IMG/VR virus record: IMGVR_UViG_3300041405_000060
Span: 1 to 64,000 of that record
From: a virus
Reading direction: 5' to 3' (one strand)
Length of the DNA: 64,000 nucleotides
Below, piece after piece: positions 37,032 to 46,182 of the stretch (the stretch's first letter is position 1; each line of letters begins with the position of its first letter). The translations under genes were made by a program, and so were the position numbers. The notes below the pieces were generated by a model that worked only from the letters and a program-made list of their open reading frames with translations, was not told where the DNA came from and did no database searches.

Positions 37032-39524
37032 GTGTATTTACAGCTAGTTAGGTTAGTGCAATACAAACGATTGATGCTAAAGAACATCCAAAGTTTAGAA
37101 TGGACACCAACAAAGAACCTGATGGTGATCATTGGATCGAACGGTAGCGGTAAATCGTCACTACTTGACGAACTCAGTCCACTACCATCTCATCACTCTC
37201 AATTCGATAAGAATGGGAGTAAGACAGTACACTGCATGCACAAAGGTGCTCAGTATGTATTGAACTCTATATATGACAAAGGTACCGGTCATCACTCGTT
37301 TCTCCGTAATGACGTTGAGCTAAACGAAGGCGGTACTTATCAGATCCAACTTGATCTATGTAAGCAAGAATTCGGTTTGCAACAAGACATTCAAGATCTG
37401 CTTACAGGTCGGACCAAGTTTTCACAATTGGCAGTTAATAAACGTCGTGAATGGCTGACTCGTGCTTCGCCTGTTGATCTGGGTTATGCAATCAATTTGC
37501 TGAACCGAGTTAACGAACAAGCCAAAGCACAGAAGAACGTTATCGATCACATGACGAAACGTTTGGCTAATGAAAACATCGATATGCTCGATGACTCTGA
37601 AATCACCCGACTGCGTCAAGAACGGCAACGATTGACTGATCGGGTTAACACGTTGTTCTTACATCGTAACCCATCGACTAAACGTCAGTTTGCTCATAAC
37701 GGGCAAGCCAAGGAAGATCTGGATGCATTGATTCACGATGCTAAATGGTTGTTGCGTCAGTATCCACGTTTGACGGATAACACACGTGTATTGAACAAAG
37801 GAGAATACAACCAAATCGTTAACCAGCGTTTGGCTAACGTACAGTCGGCACAAGCAGTAATTGATCGACTGTTAGAAGAACTCGAAACCATTCGAGCTAC
37901 CACACCAGCACAGATTGATAAGATCTCGGTTGAAGATCTAGCTGAGTTGAATGAACGCCTTGATCATCACATGGCTCAAGCAGCAGAAAACAATGCTGTA
38001 GTAAAAGCATACCAAGGACAGATCCCTCTGTGCCGTACTGGTTTGTTTGGTGATCAACACGCTCGTTTAGAAGATGCATTTGAACGTGTGTACGGTATTG
38101 TGATGTCTATCCCTAATAACGAAACGGGTGAGATGTCAACATCGATTGCACATAGCAAAAAAGAACTATTGCAAGAACACAAACAAAAGCTGCGCAGCAT
38201 CGAAGAGTTCATTTCTGAAACGATGCGCCGTATCGCTACACTGAAAGGATGTGACCATGTTGAATGCCCAAACTGCAAACACACTTTCGCTCCTGGGGTC
38301 AATCCGAAAGATATACCACAACTTGAAGAAAGATTGCGAAAGGCTTCAGACGCAGAAACTCATTTCCAGCGTGAGATCAAAGCTATCGAGGAATACCTTG
38401 AACGGTACGTTGATTACGCTGGATATGTCCAGCAGTTCCAACAGGTTTCGCGGGACCACCGTGACTACGCACCGGTCTGGGAATGGATTGTCGGTGAAGG
38501 TAGACTATTCCGTTTACCAAAATCCGTGGCCACAGATGTAATTAGTTGGCATACTGCACAACGGGCAATGATCGAAGCAGAGATTCAGATCGAACATGCT
38601 AAGCAACTTGAAGCACGACTGAAAGTAATTGAAGCTATCGACTTCGATGCTGCTGGTTACATGCTGCAACGTGCTGCTGATTTGGAAGCTGAGATCAATG
38701 CTAAGTTGCTGGCGCAGCAGTCTACCCGTGATGCTATCGAAGCATACGTTCACTCAGGTAATGATGTTGACTCGTTCATTAACAAAGTGAATGGTTGCTT
38801 GAGTGCATTTGCAGAATGGCGCGACAAAGCTTTGCAACAAGCTGAATGGTTGTTGGATCAAGCGTTTACGTCTGAGATCGATGCAACTCATCAACAACTG
38901 GCACACGTCGGTAATCGGTTGCGTGAAGCCGAACGTCGGGATACTGAGATTCGTTTGTTGGAAGATACAGTAGCTGACGCTGCTGATGCTCATGTAGACT
39001 TTCAACTGTTGGCTAAAGCCTTGTCACCTAAAGGTGGCTTGATTGGTCAATACATGTTGGGCTTCCTGCAAGGCGTAACAAAACTGGTTAACACTGTGAT
39101 CGAAGATGTATGGACTTACCCAATGGAAGTCTTGCCATCGAAGATGGATCGTGATGATCTCGATTACAAGTTCCCACTCAGTGTTGGTAATGGTGCAGTT
39201 GAACCTACCGATATTGATCTGGGTTCAGACTCACAACGTGAGATCGTTAACTTTGCATTTCGTGTAGCATTGTTGAAGTTCATGGGCTTTGATGACTATC
39301 CATTGATGCTTGATGAATTCGGTCGTACCTTCGATGAACAACACCGAGTTAACCTCGTGCCGTTTATTGGGCGTTTGATTGAACTCGGTCAGTACCAACA
39401 GATCTTCTACATCTCACACTTTCAATCTACACACGGTGCTTTCAACCAAGCAGAGTTCGTAGTGCTTGATCCGACTAACGTAACTGTTCCAGAACAGTAT
39501 AACAAGAACATGGTAATAAAATGA
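37032..39524 (+). CDS. sbcC: SbcC/Rad50-like SMC ATPase (phiKZ gp165-like)
   Basis: Walker A GSNGSGKS, coiled coils, CPNC zinc hook, Walker B LMLDE, ISH. Confidence 0.88.
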   Translation: MYLQLVRLVQYKRLMLKNIQSLEWTPTKNLMVIIGSNGSGKSSLLDELSPLPSHHSQFDKNGSKTVHCMHKGAQYVLNSIYDKGTGHHSFLRNDVELNEGGTYQIQLDLCKQEFGLQQDIQDLLTGRTKFSQLAVNKRREWLTRASPVDLGYAINLLNRVNEQAKAQKNVIDHMTKRLANENIDMLDDSEITRLRQERQRLTDRVNTLFLHRNPSTKRQFAHNGQAKEDLDALIHDAKWLLRQYPRLTDNTRVLNKGEYNQIVNQRLANVQSAQAVIDRLLEELETIRATTPAQIDKISVEDLAELNERLDHHMAQAAENNAVVKAYQGQIPLCRTGLFGDQHARLEDAFERVYGIVMSIPNNETGEMSTSIAHSKKELLQEHKQKLRSIEEFISETMRRIATLKGCDHVECPNCKHTFAPGVNPKDIPQLEERLRKASDAETHFQREIKAIEEYLERYVDYAGYVQQFQQVSRDHRDYAPVWEWIVGEGRLFRLPKSVATDVISWHTAQRAMIEAEIQIEHAKQLEARLKVIEAIDFDAAGYMLQRAADLEAEINAKLLAQQSTRDAIEAYVHSGNDVDSFINKVNGCLSAFAEWRDKALQQAEWLLDQAFTSEIDATHQQLAHVGNRLREAERRDTEIRLLEDTVADAADAHVDFQLLAKALSPKGGLIGQYMLGFLQGVTKLVNTVIEDVWTYPMEVLPSKMDRDDLDYKFPLSVGNGAVEPTDIDLGSDSQREIVNFAFRVALLKFMGFDDYPLMLDEFGRTFDEQHRVNLVPFIGRLIELGQYQQIFYISHFQSTHGAFNQAEFVVLDPTNVTVPEQYNKNMVIK

Positions 39525-39550
39525 TTGCTGTCGCAATCGTAGTTATAGGA

Positions 39551-39572
39551 GGAGGCCTTTGGGCTTCCTTTT
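39551..39572 (+). terminator. Intrinsic terminator
   Basis: GGAGGCC-TTTG-GGCTTCC-TTTT. Confidence 0.65.
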
Positions 39573-39617
39573 GTCAGCTACGCAAGTTAATGTCATGACT
39601 CCATGAAATCTCAGATC

Positions 39618-39625
39618 TATATTAC
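39618..39625 (+). promoter_or_regulatory. phiKZ-type early promoter (TATATTAC)
   Basis: CTATATTACTATCTTGGTATA, repeated at 40759 and 45390 in intergenic AT-rich DNA. Confidence 0.8.
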
Positions 39626-39657
39626 TATCTTGGTATATAGAAAACAAAAGAGATAAC

Positions 39658-39921
39658 ATGGGCCCTACAACAATAGATTTAATTTTCTTTGTCGTTATGG
39701 CGATAGGAATGCTGCTATTCGGCCTTACGCTTATCGCACCATTCATGATTTACATTGCTACCTGTAACGATGAAGAATCTGAGAAAGAAGCTAACAGGCG
39801 TGCTAGTGCAAAAGTGGCCGCTTGGCTAGTCGGCGCTATTGCCGTCGACTTTGCTATCATGTTAGTAATGGTCATCGCCCATTGGTTGGGTTACATACAT
39901 CTCTACAAGTTAGGCGGGTAA
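39658..39921 (+). CDS. Early two-TM membrane protein
   Basis: 87 aa, two hydrophobic helices separated by a charged loop. Confidence 0.6.
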   Translation: MGPTTIDLIFFVVMAIGMLLFGLTLIAPFMIYIATCNDEESEKEANRRASAKVAAWLVGAIAVDFAIMLVMVIAHWLGYIHLYKLGG

Positions 39922-39925
39922 CAAG

Positions 39926-40339
39926 TTGGAACGCGATTACTTCAAAGAAACACTTCCGGAATACCGTACACCAAAAGCGGCAACAGGCGTGGTTCATCAC
40001 GAGAACCATTCCAGCTGGGTATCATTGTTCCTTTGCTCGAATGACAATTCGATGGATCAGGATCAGTGGTTCTTCGCAGTTCAAGTTGTTCATTGCGAGA
40101 AGGACGATCCTTCCCGAGTCCTCAAGACTGAAGTTCACTTCTATCTGGACGAACGCGATGCATGGTTGTTCCGTGCAAAACAAATGGGTAGCGATAAAGT
40201 ACACTTCGTTGACTACCAACAGGTACTTACTCAAGAAGGTCGCGTTGCTGAAGTCGGCACTATCAGAGAACAAGATTTCCGTGACCGCTCTGTGTGGGAT
40301 GGTCATACGCTACAAGAAATTCGCAACCTGAAAGCCTGA
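39926..40339 (+). CDS. Early hypothetical protein
   Basis: 137 aa, TTG start. Confidence 0.5.
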   Translation: MERDYFKETLPEYRTPKAATGVVHHENHSSWVSLFLCSNDNSMDQDQWFFAVQVVHCEKDDPSRVLKTEVHFYLDERDAWLFRAKQMGSDKVHFVDYQQVLTQEGRVAEVGTIREQDFRDRSVWDGHTLQEIRNLKA

Positions 40340-40346
40340 GGTAATA

Positions 40347-40529
40347 ATGTTGAAAGGCCACTCCACTGAAAAACTAGAACTGCTCACAGAATGCGCTGCA
40401 CGCATCGCCCGTGACAATCCGGCAGTAATGGAACGCATCACATCTTTCGAGATGTCGTGGTCTACAGTTGACGGCGTTGTTGTTCCAAGCGTACGCATGC
40501 AATTCAAAAATGACCCCAAGGTAATTTGA
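40347..40529 (+). CDS. Early microprotein, paralog A
   Basis: GAGG RBS; STEKLELLT...SWSxVxGVVVPSVRMQF. Confidence 0.6.
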   Translation: MLKGHSTEKLELLTECAARIARDNPAVMERITSFEMSWSTVDGVVVPSVRMQFKNDPKVI

Positions 40530-40532
40530 AAA

Positions 40533-40739
40533 ATGATGGTTGAAAGTAAATCGACAGACAAGCTGGCACTCCTGACCCAAACTGCACAGCGTGCTTTGGC
40601 GGCAGATCCTAAGCTTCTGGATAAGTTGCATTCGGTTTCAGTGAGCTGGTCTGAAGTAGGGGACGTAGCCGTTCCTAGCATCCGTATTGAATTTCACAAA
40701 CCAACTCCTAGTCTTCCTACTGGTGGCATCGTAGGTTGA
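40533..40739 (+). CDS. Early microprotein, paralog B
   Basis: STDKLALLT...SWSEVGDVAVPSIRIEF. Confidence 0.6.
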   Translation: MMVESKSTDKLALLTQTAQRALAADPKLLDKLHSVSVSWSEVGDVAVPSIRIEFHKPTPSLPTGGIVG

Positions 40740-40758
40740 TTTAAAACTTTTATACAGC

Positions 40759-40766
40759 TATATTAC
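40759..40766 (+). promoter_or_regulatory. phiKZ-type early promoter (TATATTAC)
   Basis: TTTAAAACTTTTATACAGCTATATTACTATCTTGAGTATA. Confidence 0.8.
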
Positions 40767-40802
40767 TATCTTGAGTATAGCCCAGGAAAAGGATGCATCG
40801 TA

Positions 40803-41051
40803 GTGCTTGAGTTCTACAATTCGTTAGACACGATTTTCCAAGTCACCATCGTTGTGTGGCTTATCGCACTGTTCCTTAAATGGGGTGGTGGATTTGTGGT
40901 TGGTATTCTGACCCTGATTGTGGCATGCTTCAGTACGACCGCGGCAGTTATTGTCGCAGCTATTACTGGTGTATTTACGCTCGTATTGTACGCCACCCTA
41001 GCGGTGTGTACGATGTGGTCGATAGTAAAACTGTTCTTCATCCTAATCTAA
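40803..41051 (+). CDS. Early highly hydrophobic membrane protein
   Basis: 82 aa, almost entirely apolar, 2-3 TM segments. Confidence 0.55.
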   Translation: MLEFYNSLDTIFQVTIVVWLIALFLKWGGGFVVGILTLIVACFSTTAAVIVAAITGVFTLVLYATLAVCTMWSIVKLFFILI

Positions 41052-41061
41052 GGAATTGATC

Positions 41062-41229
41062 ATGGCGACTATTCGTTTTGGCAAAGTCTCGTTTAACCCG
41101 AAAACCGGCAAAGTCAATATCGATCGTCGCACGATCAAGAAGACCGACCCAACCTGGCATCATCTGGCATATATCGCAATTGGTGTTGTAGCCACTGCGG
41201 TAGCTGTTGATTATCTGCGCAACAAATAA
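41062..41229 (+). CDS. Early 55-aa C-anchored membrane microprotein (not in ORF track)
   Basis: AAGGA RBS; MATIRFGKVSFNPKTGKVNIDRRTIKKTDPTWHHLAYIAIGVVATAVAVDYLRNK. Confidence 0.6.
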   Translation: MATIRFGKVSFNPKTGKVNIDRRTIKKTDPTWHHLAYIAIGVVATAVAVDYLRNK

Positions 41230-41255
41230 CCAAAAAACATTTAGGAGTTAACCGC

Positions 41256-41420
41256 ATGAAACTTTCCACCGCTGCTGGTATCGCTGGTGTTGTCGCATTG
41301 GGCTACTTGGCTTATCGTTGCTTCTCCAATGATGATGTCGCTGTCGAAACCCCTGTGGATGCTGCACCGAAAGAACCGCTGCTGCTGCCTGCACCTGGTA
41401 ACACGTCCCACGCAGAATGA
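41256..41420 (+). CDS. Early 54-aa N-anchored membrane microprotein (not in ORF track)
   Basis: AGGAG RBS; MKLSTAAGIAGVVALGYLAYRCFSNDDVAVETPVDAAPKEPLLLPAPGNTSHAE. Confidence 0.6.
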   Translation: MKLSTAAGIAGVVALGYLAYRCFSNDDVAVETPVDAAPKEPLLLPAPGNTSHAE

Positions 41421-41423
41421 CAT

Positions 41424-41473
41424 ACTGCCCCCTCTCCCGTAAAAAGGAGAGGGGGCAGTTGTATTTTCTTTTT
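41424..41473. terminator. Strong bidirectional terminator
   Basis: 14-bp stem ACTGCCCCCTCTCC/GGAGAGGGGGCAGT with T-rich tail, between convergent genes. Confidence 0.8.
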
Positions 41474-41927
41474 ATTCGTCTGCAGCTTGAGCGTCACGAA
41501 TGATCTTCATGCGCTCTTGGAACTGTTCTGATGTTTCGTTGACAACACCGATGTGATCTTCACCAGTAGCATGTGTGAAATCACCCAAGTCTTCCAACTT
41601 AACGTCTGGTGCTCGACCAGCTGGAATCTCAGCTGCTTCTTGTGCCGTACGTTCGAACGGGTTCTTGTTCTTAGCCAGGCGGATCATCTCAGCCATAGCA
41701 CCCAACAGATCGCTGTTAGATTTGTTGCCTTCTTGCTCGATCTGATTACGTTTCGCTGCGATAGCGGTTTGCGTGTGATCTTTGGTAGCCTTGAGGATAA
41801 TGTCAATATCATCTTTGTCGCATTCGGCTAGTCCCTTAGACATTTTGTCGATGACAATACTTTCACGGATCTCTTGGCCCCAAGCCAACTGTTCGTCATA
41901 GGTCATTGCTTGAGCGGCGTGACTCAT
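41472..41927 (-). CDS. Hypothetical protein
   Basis: 151 aa, AAGGA RBS. Confidence 0.55.
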   Translation of the reverse strand: MSHAAQAMTYDEQLAWGQEIRESIVIDKMSKGLAECDKDDIDIILKATKDHTQTAIAAKRNQIEQEGNKSNSDLLGAMAEMIRLAKNKNPFERTAQEAAEIPAGRAPDVKLEDLGDFTHATGEDHIGVVNETSEQFQERMKIIRDAQAADE

Positions 41928-42009
41928 GTGATATTCCTTATTCTTTGCGAGTGAACATTTACTCGACAGGTTAACAATATACCGTAAACGGCATTCTGGA
42001 GTTCATAAG

Positions 42010-42558
42010 ATGTTCTCGTTGTTCATCAAGAAATACAAAGCTTGGCGACTTACGTCCAAGTTAGAAACATACGCAGAGATCCTCGAGGACATCGATGGGG
42101 CAAACTGCAAACCCGAAGAGTACCCCATCAAGCTCAAAGAATTCTGGCGGTTGTTTGATATGTCCTTACTGGATGACTTGGCCATTCGTGATGTGATGGG
42201 TCATAGTGGACAACTGCGGCATCGTAACTTCGCTCAATTGCATCAACTGCTGATGGATGCAAACGATGCGATTGCTAATGAGCAAGACTCACGGATTGAT
42301 TACGTCACTCGAACCGGCATGATGCACCAAGCCGAAGTAGAACTTGACAATTACTTCTTCGATCCCGTACATGGACACTTGAGCATCAAAGAGTGTTTGG
42401 AACAACTGCGTCAACTGCTACAAGCGCACTGTGGTATCCTGGAAACAATCGAGGGTACTTATGGGCAAAGAAAGATGCTGCATGTGTACTTCGACATCTA
42501 TACGTTGTCGGATCTGATTATTGATATCCTTCACGACAAAGGAGATGTTTTGTCCTGA
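42010..42558 (+). CDS. Hypothetical protein
   Basis: 182 aa, GGAG RBS. Confidence 0.55.
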   Translation: MFSLFIKKYKAWRLTSKLETYAEILEDIDGANCKPEEYPIKLKEFWRLFDMSLLDDLAIRDVMGHSGQLRHRNFAQLHQLLMDANDAIANEQDSRIDYVTRTGMMHQAEVELDNYFFDPVHGHLSIKECLEQLRQLLQAHCGILETIEGTYGQRKMLHVYFDIYTLSDLIIDILHDKGDVLS

Positions 42559-42616
42559 CAAAATGGTTTTAGCTCTATCAAACCCTTTTCAATATACACC
42601 GTAGGTGATATGCAAC

Positions 42617-43363
42617 ATGGAATCCGTAAAAGATCTACTGACCGATCCGCTTAAAGGTAAGAACCGCGCACAAGGTGTTCTCTGCTTTCTCTTTCGAGAA
42701 GTATTGCTTTGGCGTCGGGTGAATCAGATCGTTTGGAACAAGCGACTGACTGCGTACTTTGAGAAACCCCATAACCAAGAGAAGCCAGACAAAGGGAACT
42801 TGAATAAAGCCCTTTTGAATGACGATCTGCCTTGGGGTGGGTTCAAGAAGGCGATGGACTTTCTGTCACCAATGGAAGCTAAGTTGGTGATGGACTATAC
42901 CTGGCGGGACGGAAGTAGCACGTCGTACGAGATTGTGATTGATCCAGCTGCAGATGAGAAATTGCAGTATCGAGATATCTTCACGTACGGTGATTGTAGC
43001 GTATTCAGCAAAGCCAAAAAACCAGTTTCTACTCTGGCCTATTTGTTCCGACACATCATCGCCAAAGAAGGCATTGATGAGATTCAGTGGGAACAACTGT
43101 TCCAAGAGTATTCAGACAACCCAGTTAATAATGTTGGTGTTAAGAAGTCGGAACTTAACTCTACAATCAGCATGATGAAACGAGCGCTTTTGGATGGAAA
43201 GCTTTCGTGGAACGTATTCCGGCGTGGCATCCTGTTGTTAAAACCACAAAAAGAAGTGTACACCCTGAAGTTGAAGTGGACAGATGATCCGCACTTGATC
43301 CTCAGTATGCCTGACGCTGAGTATTCTGCCACTATCGAAAATCCGTACAGTGAGATCGCGTAA
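42617..43363 (+). CDS. Hypothetical protein with internally duplicated domain
   Basis: LxxLFRxxx...W...ALL...LxWxxFxxxxxxL occurs twice. Confidence 0.6.
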   Translation: MESVKDLLTDPLKGKNRAQGVLCFLFREVLLWRRVNQIVWNKRLTAYFEKPHNQEKPDKGNLNKALLNDDLPWGGFKKAMDFLSPMEAKLVMDYTWRDGSSTSYEIVIDPAADEKLQYRDIFTYGDCSVFSKAKKPVSTLAYLFRHIIAKEGIDEIQWEQLFQEYSDNPVNNVGVKKSELNSTISMMKRALLDGKLSWNVFRRGILLLKPQKEVYTLKLKWTDDPHLILSMPDAEYSATIENPYSEIA

Positions 43364-43749
43364 TGCAAAAAGTTCTGAACCTGAGCACTATCAGCCGAGA
43401 CAACCCATTCTCGATCGATAACCAAACCCCGAAACAAACAGCAACAGGTTTGAACTTCCGTACTTATCGCGGTTTGCGTATGTACTTGATTACTGGTTCT
43501 TCGGAGCCAGGTTGGCTGCGGGCTATCTACCCGCACGATTTCGATAAGCTACATGAGAAACAAGCTGCGTATGTCTTCGTGAAAGATTTGAAGGATATCA
43601 TGAAAGGTGCATTGTTACGTGATATCTCGAAACGCCCTATGATCAAACTGGTCGCTAACCGAAAGACGGAAGTCCATATCGGTGAGAAAGCGAACTCGGC
43701 AGATCTAGAGTGGCTCGGTATTGTTCGCGAAGTAGTTGAATCGTTGTAA
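43363..43749 (+). CDS. Hypothetical protein
   Basis: 128 aa, TAATG coupling. Confidence 0.55.
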   Translation: MQKVLNLSTISRDNPFSIDNQTPKQTATGLNFRTYRGLRMYLITGSSEPGWLRAIYPHDFDKLHEKQAAYVFVKDLKDIMKGALLRDISKRPMIKLVANRKTEVHIGEKANSADLEWLGIVREVVESL

Positions 43750-43753
43750 ACAC

Positions 43754-43783
43754 AGTGGCCTCCCTTCGGGGAGGCTGCTATGC
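43754..43783 (+). terminator. TTCG hairpin
   Basis: AGTGGCCTCCC-TTCG-GGGAGGCTGCT-ATG. Confidence 0.65.
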
Positions 43784-43826
43784 CAAATCTTATGAACCAC
43801 TATTTTTTTTTTCAAGGTAAGTAAAC

Positions 43827-44894
43827 ATGGCAGCTATCGCACTCCCGTCCTTTCTGGGTTCACCAGAAGACAAAACAAAAGTAGTAGATGCTTATGCTGA
43901 GACCAGTTCTGAACTGCGTACAGCTTTGTCGTCTAAGATTACATCCTTCTCTTCGGGCCTCGGTGGTATCTTTGATAAGACCGTAGGCATCGCTAAAGGT
44001 ATCGGCGAGAAACTTCGTACAGATACTATCGATTTACCATCTGCCATCAAACGCGTTCAGGGAGCGCTCAAGGGCTCTCGTGCAGATATCCTTAAGATCG
44101 CCGGGTCCACTGAGAAACTCATCATGGGTGAGCTCACAGGGACCGACACGTCTACTAACTACGTAAAGACAGCAACAGATGTCGCTCGTGGCTTAGAATT
44201 GATGGTGGGTGACGGTAAGCAACTGATTGACTCGTTTAAGAATGGCGGGTATAACCAAGTTAGCGCGATGGTCGGTTTCATTTCTGACCTGACTAACAAC
44301 CCTAACTTGAAACTGTTTGACTTAGGTGCTGAAGCGGCTATCCTCCGTGGTGTAGTGGACGAAGTATCGGCGTGGGGTGTTCCTTCACTTGTTGATACAA
44401 TCATGAAGGATCAACCTGACCGTACTAAGTATACTGTTATCAAACGGTCAGCTGAAACGATTTCTGCTTCTAGTTCTCTGGACGTGTTGTTAGCCTACGC
44501 TAACGTAAGCTCTAGTTTGAATACGGGTACACCGGAGAAACCGCTCTATCAAAACATCGGGGCTAATGCACTCAACGCAAACACTCCAGACTTTGCTACA
44601 CGTGTATTGTCTAACTTTGCATTTGTGGCTGGTATTACTGTTGCAGATTATCCATCACAATTAGCTAAGCTTGTACAGCTAATGGATAAATTGAAACCTG
44701 ATTGGTTCTGGACTACTCGGGGTAATGATCGAGTATGGAACCTAGGTACGATTGGAACCGCTTCAGAGAACGCTGTGACGTTGTTCTTGTCTAGCCCTGA
44801 ATACCGGGATGCTATCTTGACCGCACCGTACTACAGTCCTGCTCGTGTGCAAGAACTCGTTAATACCATGTACCCCTTAACAACTACGGCCTAA
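43827..44894 (+). CDS. Virion structural protein (phiKZ gp174-like)
   Basis: 355 aa; VVDAY N-terminal motif and C-terminal YP; synteny upstream of the protease. Confidence 0.6.
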   Translation: MAAIALPSFLGSPEDKTKVVDAYAETSSELRTALSSKITSFSSGLGGIFDKTVGIAKGIGEKLRTDTIDLPSAIKRVQGALKGSRADILKIAGSTEKLIMGELTGTDTSTNYVKTATDVARGLELMVGDGKQLIDSFKNGGYNQVSAMVGFISDLTNNPNLKLFDLGAEAAILRGVVDEVSAWGVPSLVDTIMKDQPDRTKYTVIKRSAETISASSSLDVLLAYANVSSSLNTGTPEKPLYQNIGANALNANTPDFATRVLSNFAFVAGITVADYPSQLAKLVQLMDKLKPDWFWTTRGNDRVWNLGTIGTASENAVTLFLSSPEYRDAILTAPYYSPARVQELVNTMYPLTTTA

Positions 44895-44896
44895 CC

Positions 44897-45343
44897 ATGA
44901 AAGCAATCTTAATTACGGGTAATCCTAAGTATATCAACAATGAAATCGCTCGTAGTTATTATCGCGAGATTATTGAGTTCCTGCAAGATAACGGAGTAGC
45001 GGTTACTATTGATCCAGGTGCCGATTATACATGTCCTCCGAAAGCAGACTTCTATATTGGTCATTCTAGAGGTGCAGGCCGTATTCGTTGTTTTGAACGT
45101 ACCGATCAAGAGAAAGACTTCTTGATGTTCGGTGATCCAGATGGGTACATTCATCCAGTTGACCTAGCATGGCAACAAGCTAACCCGCCCGATCCTAAAA
45201 GATTCAATCCACCCCCTAAAGAACACTTTGAATTCTATACGGATCAAAAGCAAGCCATCCTTAACAAGATCAGTGAAATTCGTGATCGTAGTAACTATAC
45301 ACGCCAGTCACCTGGCCGCGGTAGACCAACCCCACGCGGATAG
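44897..45343 (+). CDS. Small putative alpha/beta-hydrolase
   Basis: YIGHSRG nucleophile-elbow motif; later Asp and His (EHF). Confidence 0.5.
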   Translation: MKAILITGNPKYINNEIARSYYREIIEFLQDNGVAVTIDPGADYTCPPKADFYIGHSRGAGRIRCFERTDQEKDFLMFGDPDGYIHPVDLAWQQANPPDPKRFNPPPKEHFEFYTDQKQAILNKISEIRDRSNYTRQSPGRGRPTPRG

Positions 45344-45366
45344 CCTACCTTCGGGTAGGCTTTATG
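45342..45366 (+). terminator. TTCG hairpin
   Basis: AGCCTACC-TTCG-GGTAGGCT-TTATG. Confidence 0.65.
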
Positions 45367-45389
45367 CCGATTTAAACCTTTTAAAAGCC

Positions 45390-45397
45390 TATATTAC
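45390..45397 (+). promoter_or_regulatory. phiKZ-type early promoter (TATATTAC)
   Basis: TTTAAACCTTTTAAAAGCCTATATTACTAACTTGAATATA. Confidence 0.8.
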
Positions 45398-45431
45398 TAA
45401 CTTGAATATAACCCATTATAAGGCTAACAAA

Positions 45432-45806
45432 ATGACTCCATTAGCATACAAACTACTAGGTAAGCAATTTGATGCAATGGCTGAAGTCTACGGTAACTGG
45501 ATTACTCCAGATGCCCATGAGTCAATCAGAAAAGACGGGGATATCACAACATCCCTGGTAAACCGTTATCCGGGCGACTACGCCTTGGAGTTCCAGGTAA
45601 AAGTTGGTGCTGGCCTTGGCGCAGTGAGATTTCTGGCGCTGTATAAAAACAGCGAGTATCTCAACAGCATCATTGAATCAACCGGTACTTTGGGATGCAT
45701 GGAAATGCATATCGAAGCACTGGGTAAACTGACGGTGTTTGTGCATAAGTACTTGGAGCTGTATGCCAAGGAAAATGCATTCCCGGCAGAAAACGTAACG
45801 TATTAA
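45432..45806 (+). CDS. Early hypothetical protein
   Basis: ATG 45432 downstream of the early promoter (the ORF-track upstream extension spans a terminator). Confidence 0.55.
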   Translation: MTPLAYKLLGKQFDAMAEVYGNWITPDAHESIRKDGDITTSLVNRYPGDYALEFQVKVGAGLGAVRFLALYKNSEYLNSIIESTGTLGCMEMHIEALGKLTVFVHKYLELYAKENAFPAENVTY

Positions 45807-45869
45807 TTTCTCAATAGGGTTACCCGACTGGTTAACCCAAACCCTTAAAAGTGTACACGGAGTTTTTTA

Positions 45870-46133
45870 ATGAGTAACTTTGCAAAAGTAGCTGATGTCA
45901 TTCACACCCTGATCCAAAAGCCACAAGCGGTAAATGGTTTCAATGTTGAACATGGCCTGAACCAAGTGTCCTACGATCCATCCACCCGGTTGTTTACTGT
46001 GGTGGATAAAGGCCGTAAGGTTCTGAGCTATGATGTTGAAACCCGCAAAGGTTCAACTACTCTCAATAACTACGGCTGCGGTTTGGTAGCTGCTGTTATT
46101 GATGAAGCAGTGCACGACATGTTAGTAGCATGA
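45870..46133 (+). CDS. Early hypothetical protein
   Basis: 87 aa, GGAG RBS. Confidence 0.6.
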   Translation: MSNFAKVADVIHTLIQKPQAVNGFNVEHGLNQVSYDPSTRLFTVVDKGRKVLSYDVETRKGSTTLNNYGCGLVAAVIDEAVHDMLVA

Positions 46134-46135
46134 CG

Positions 46136-46181
46136 GCATATTGGCTACCCTTCGGGGTAGCCTCAAATGCTATTTTTTTTT
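46136..46181. terminator. Bidirectional TTCG hairpin terminator
   Basis: GCATATT-GGCTACCC-TTCG-GGGTAGCC...T9. Confidence 0.75.
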
Positions 46182-46182
46182 G

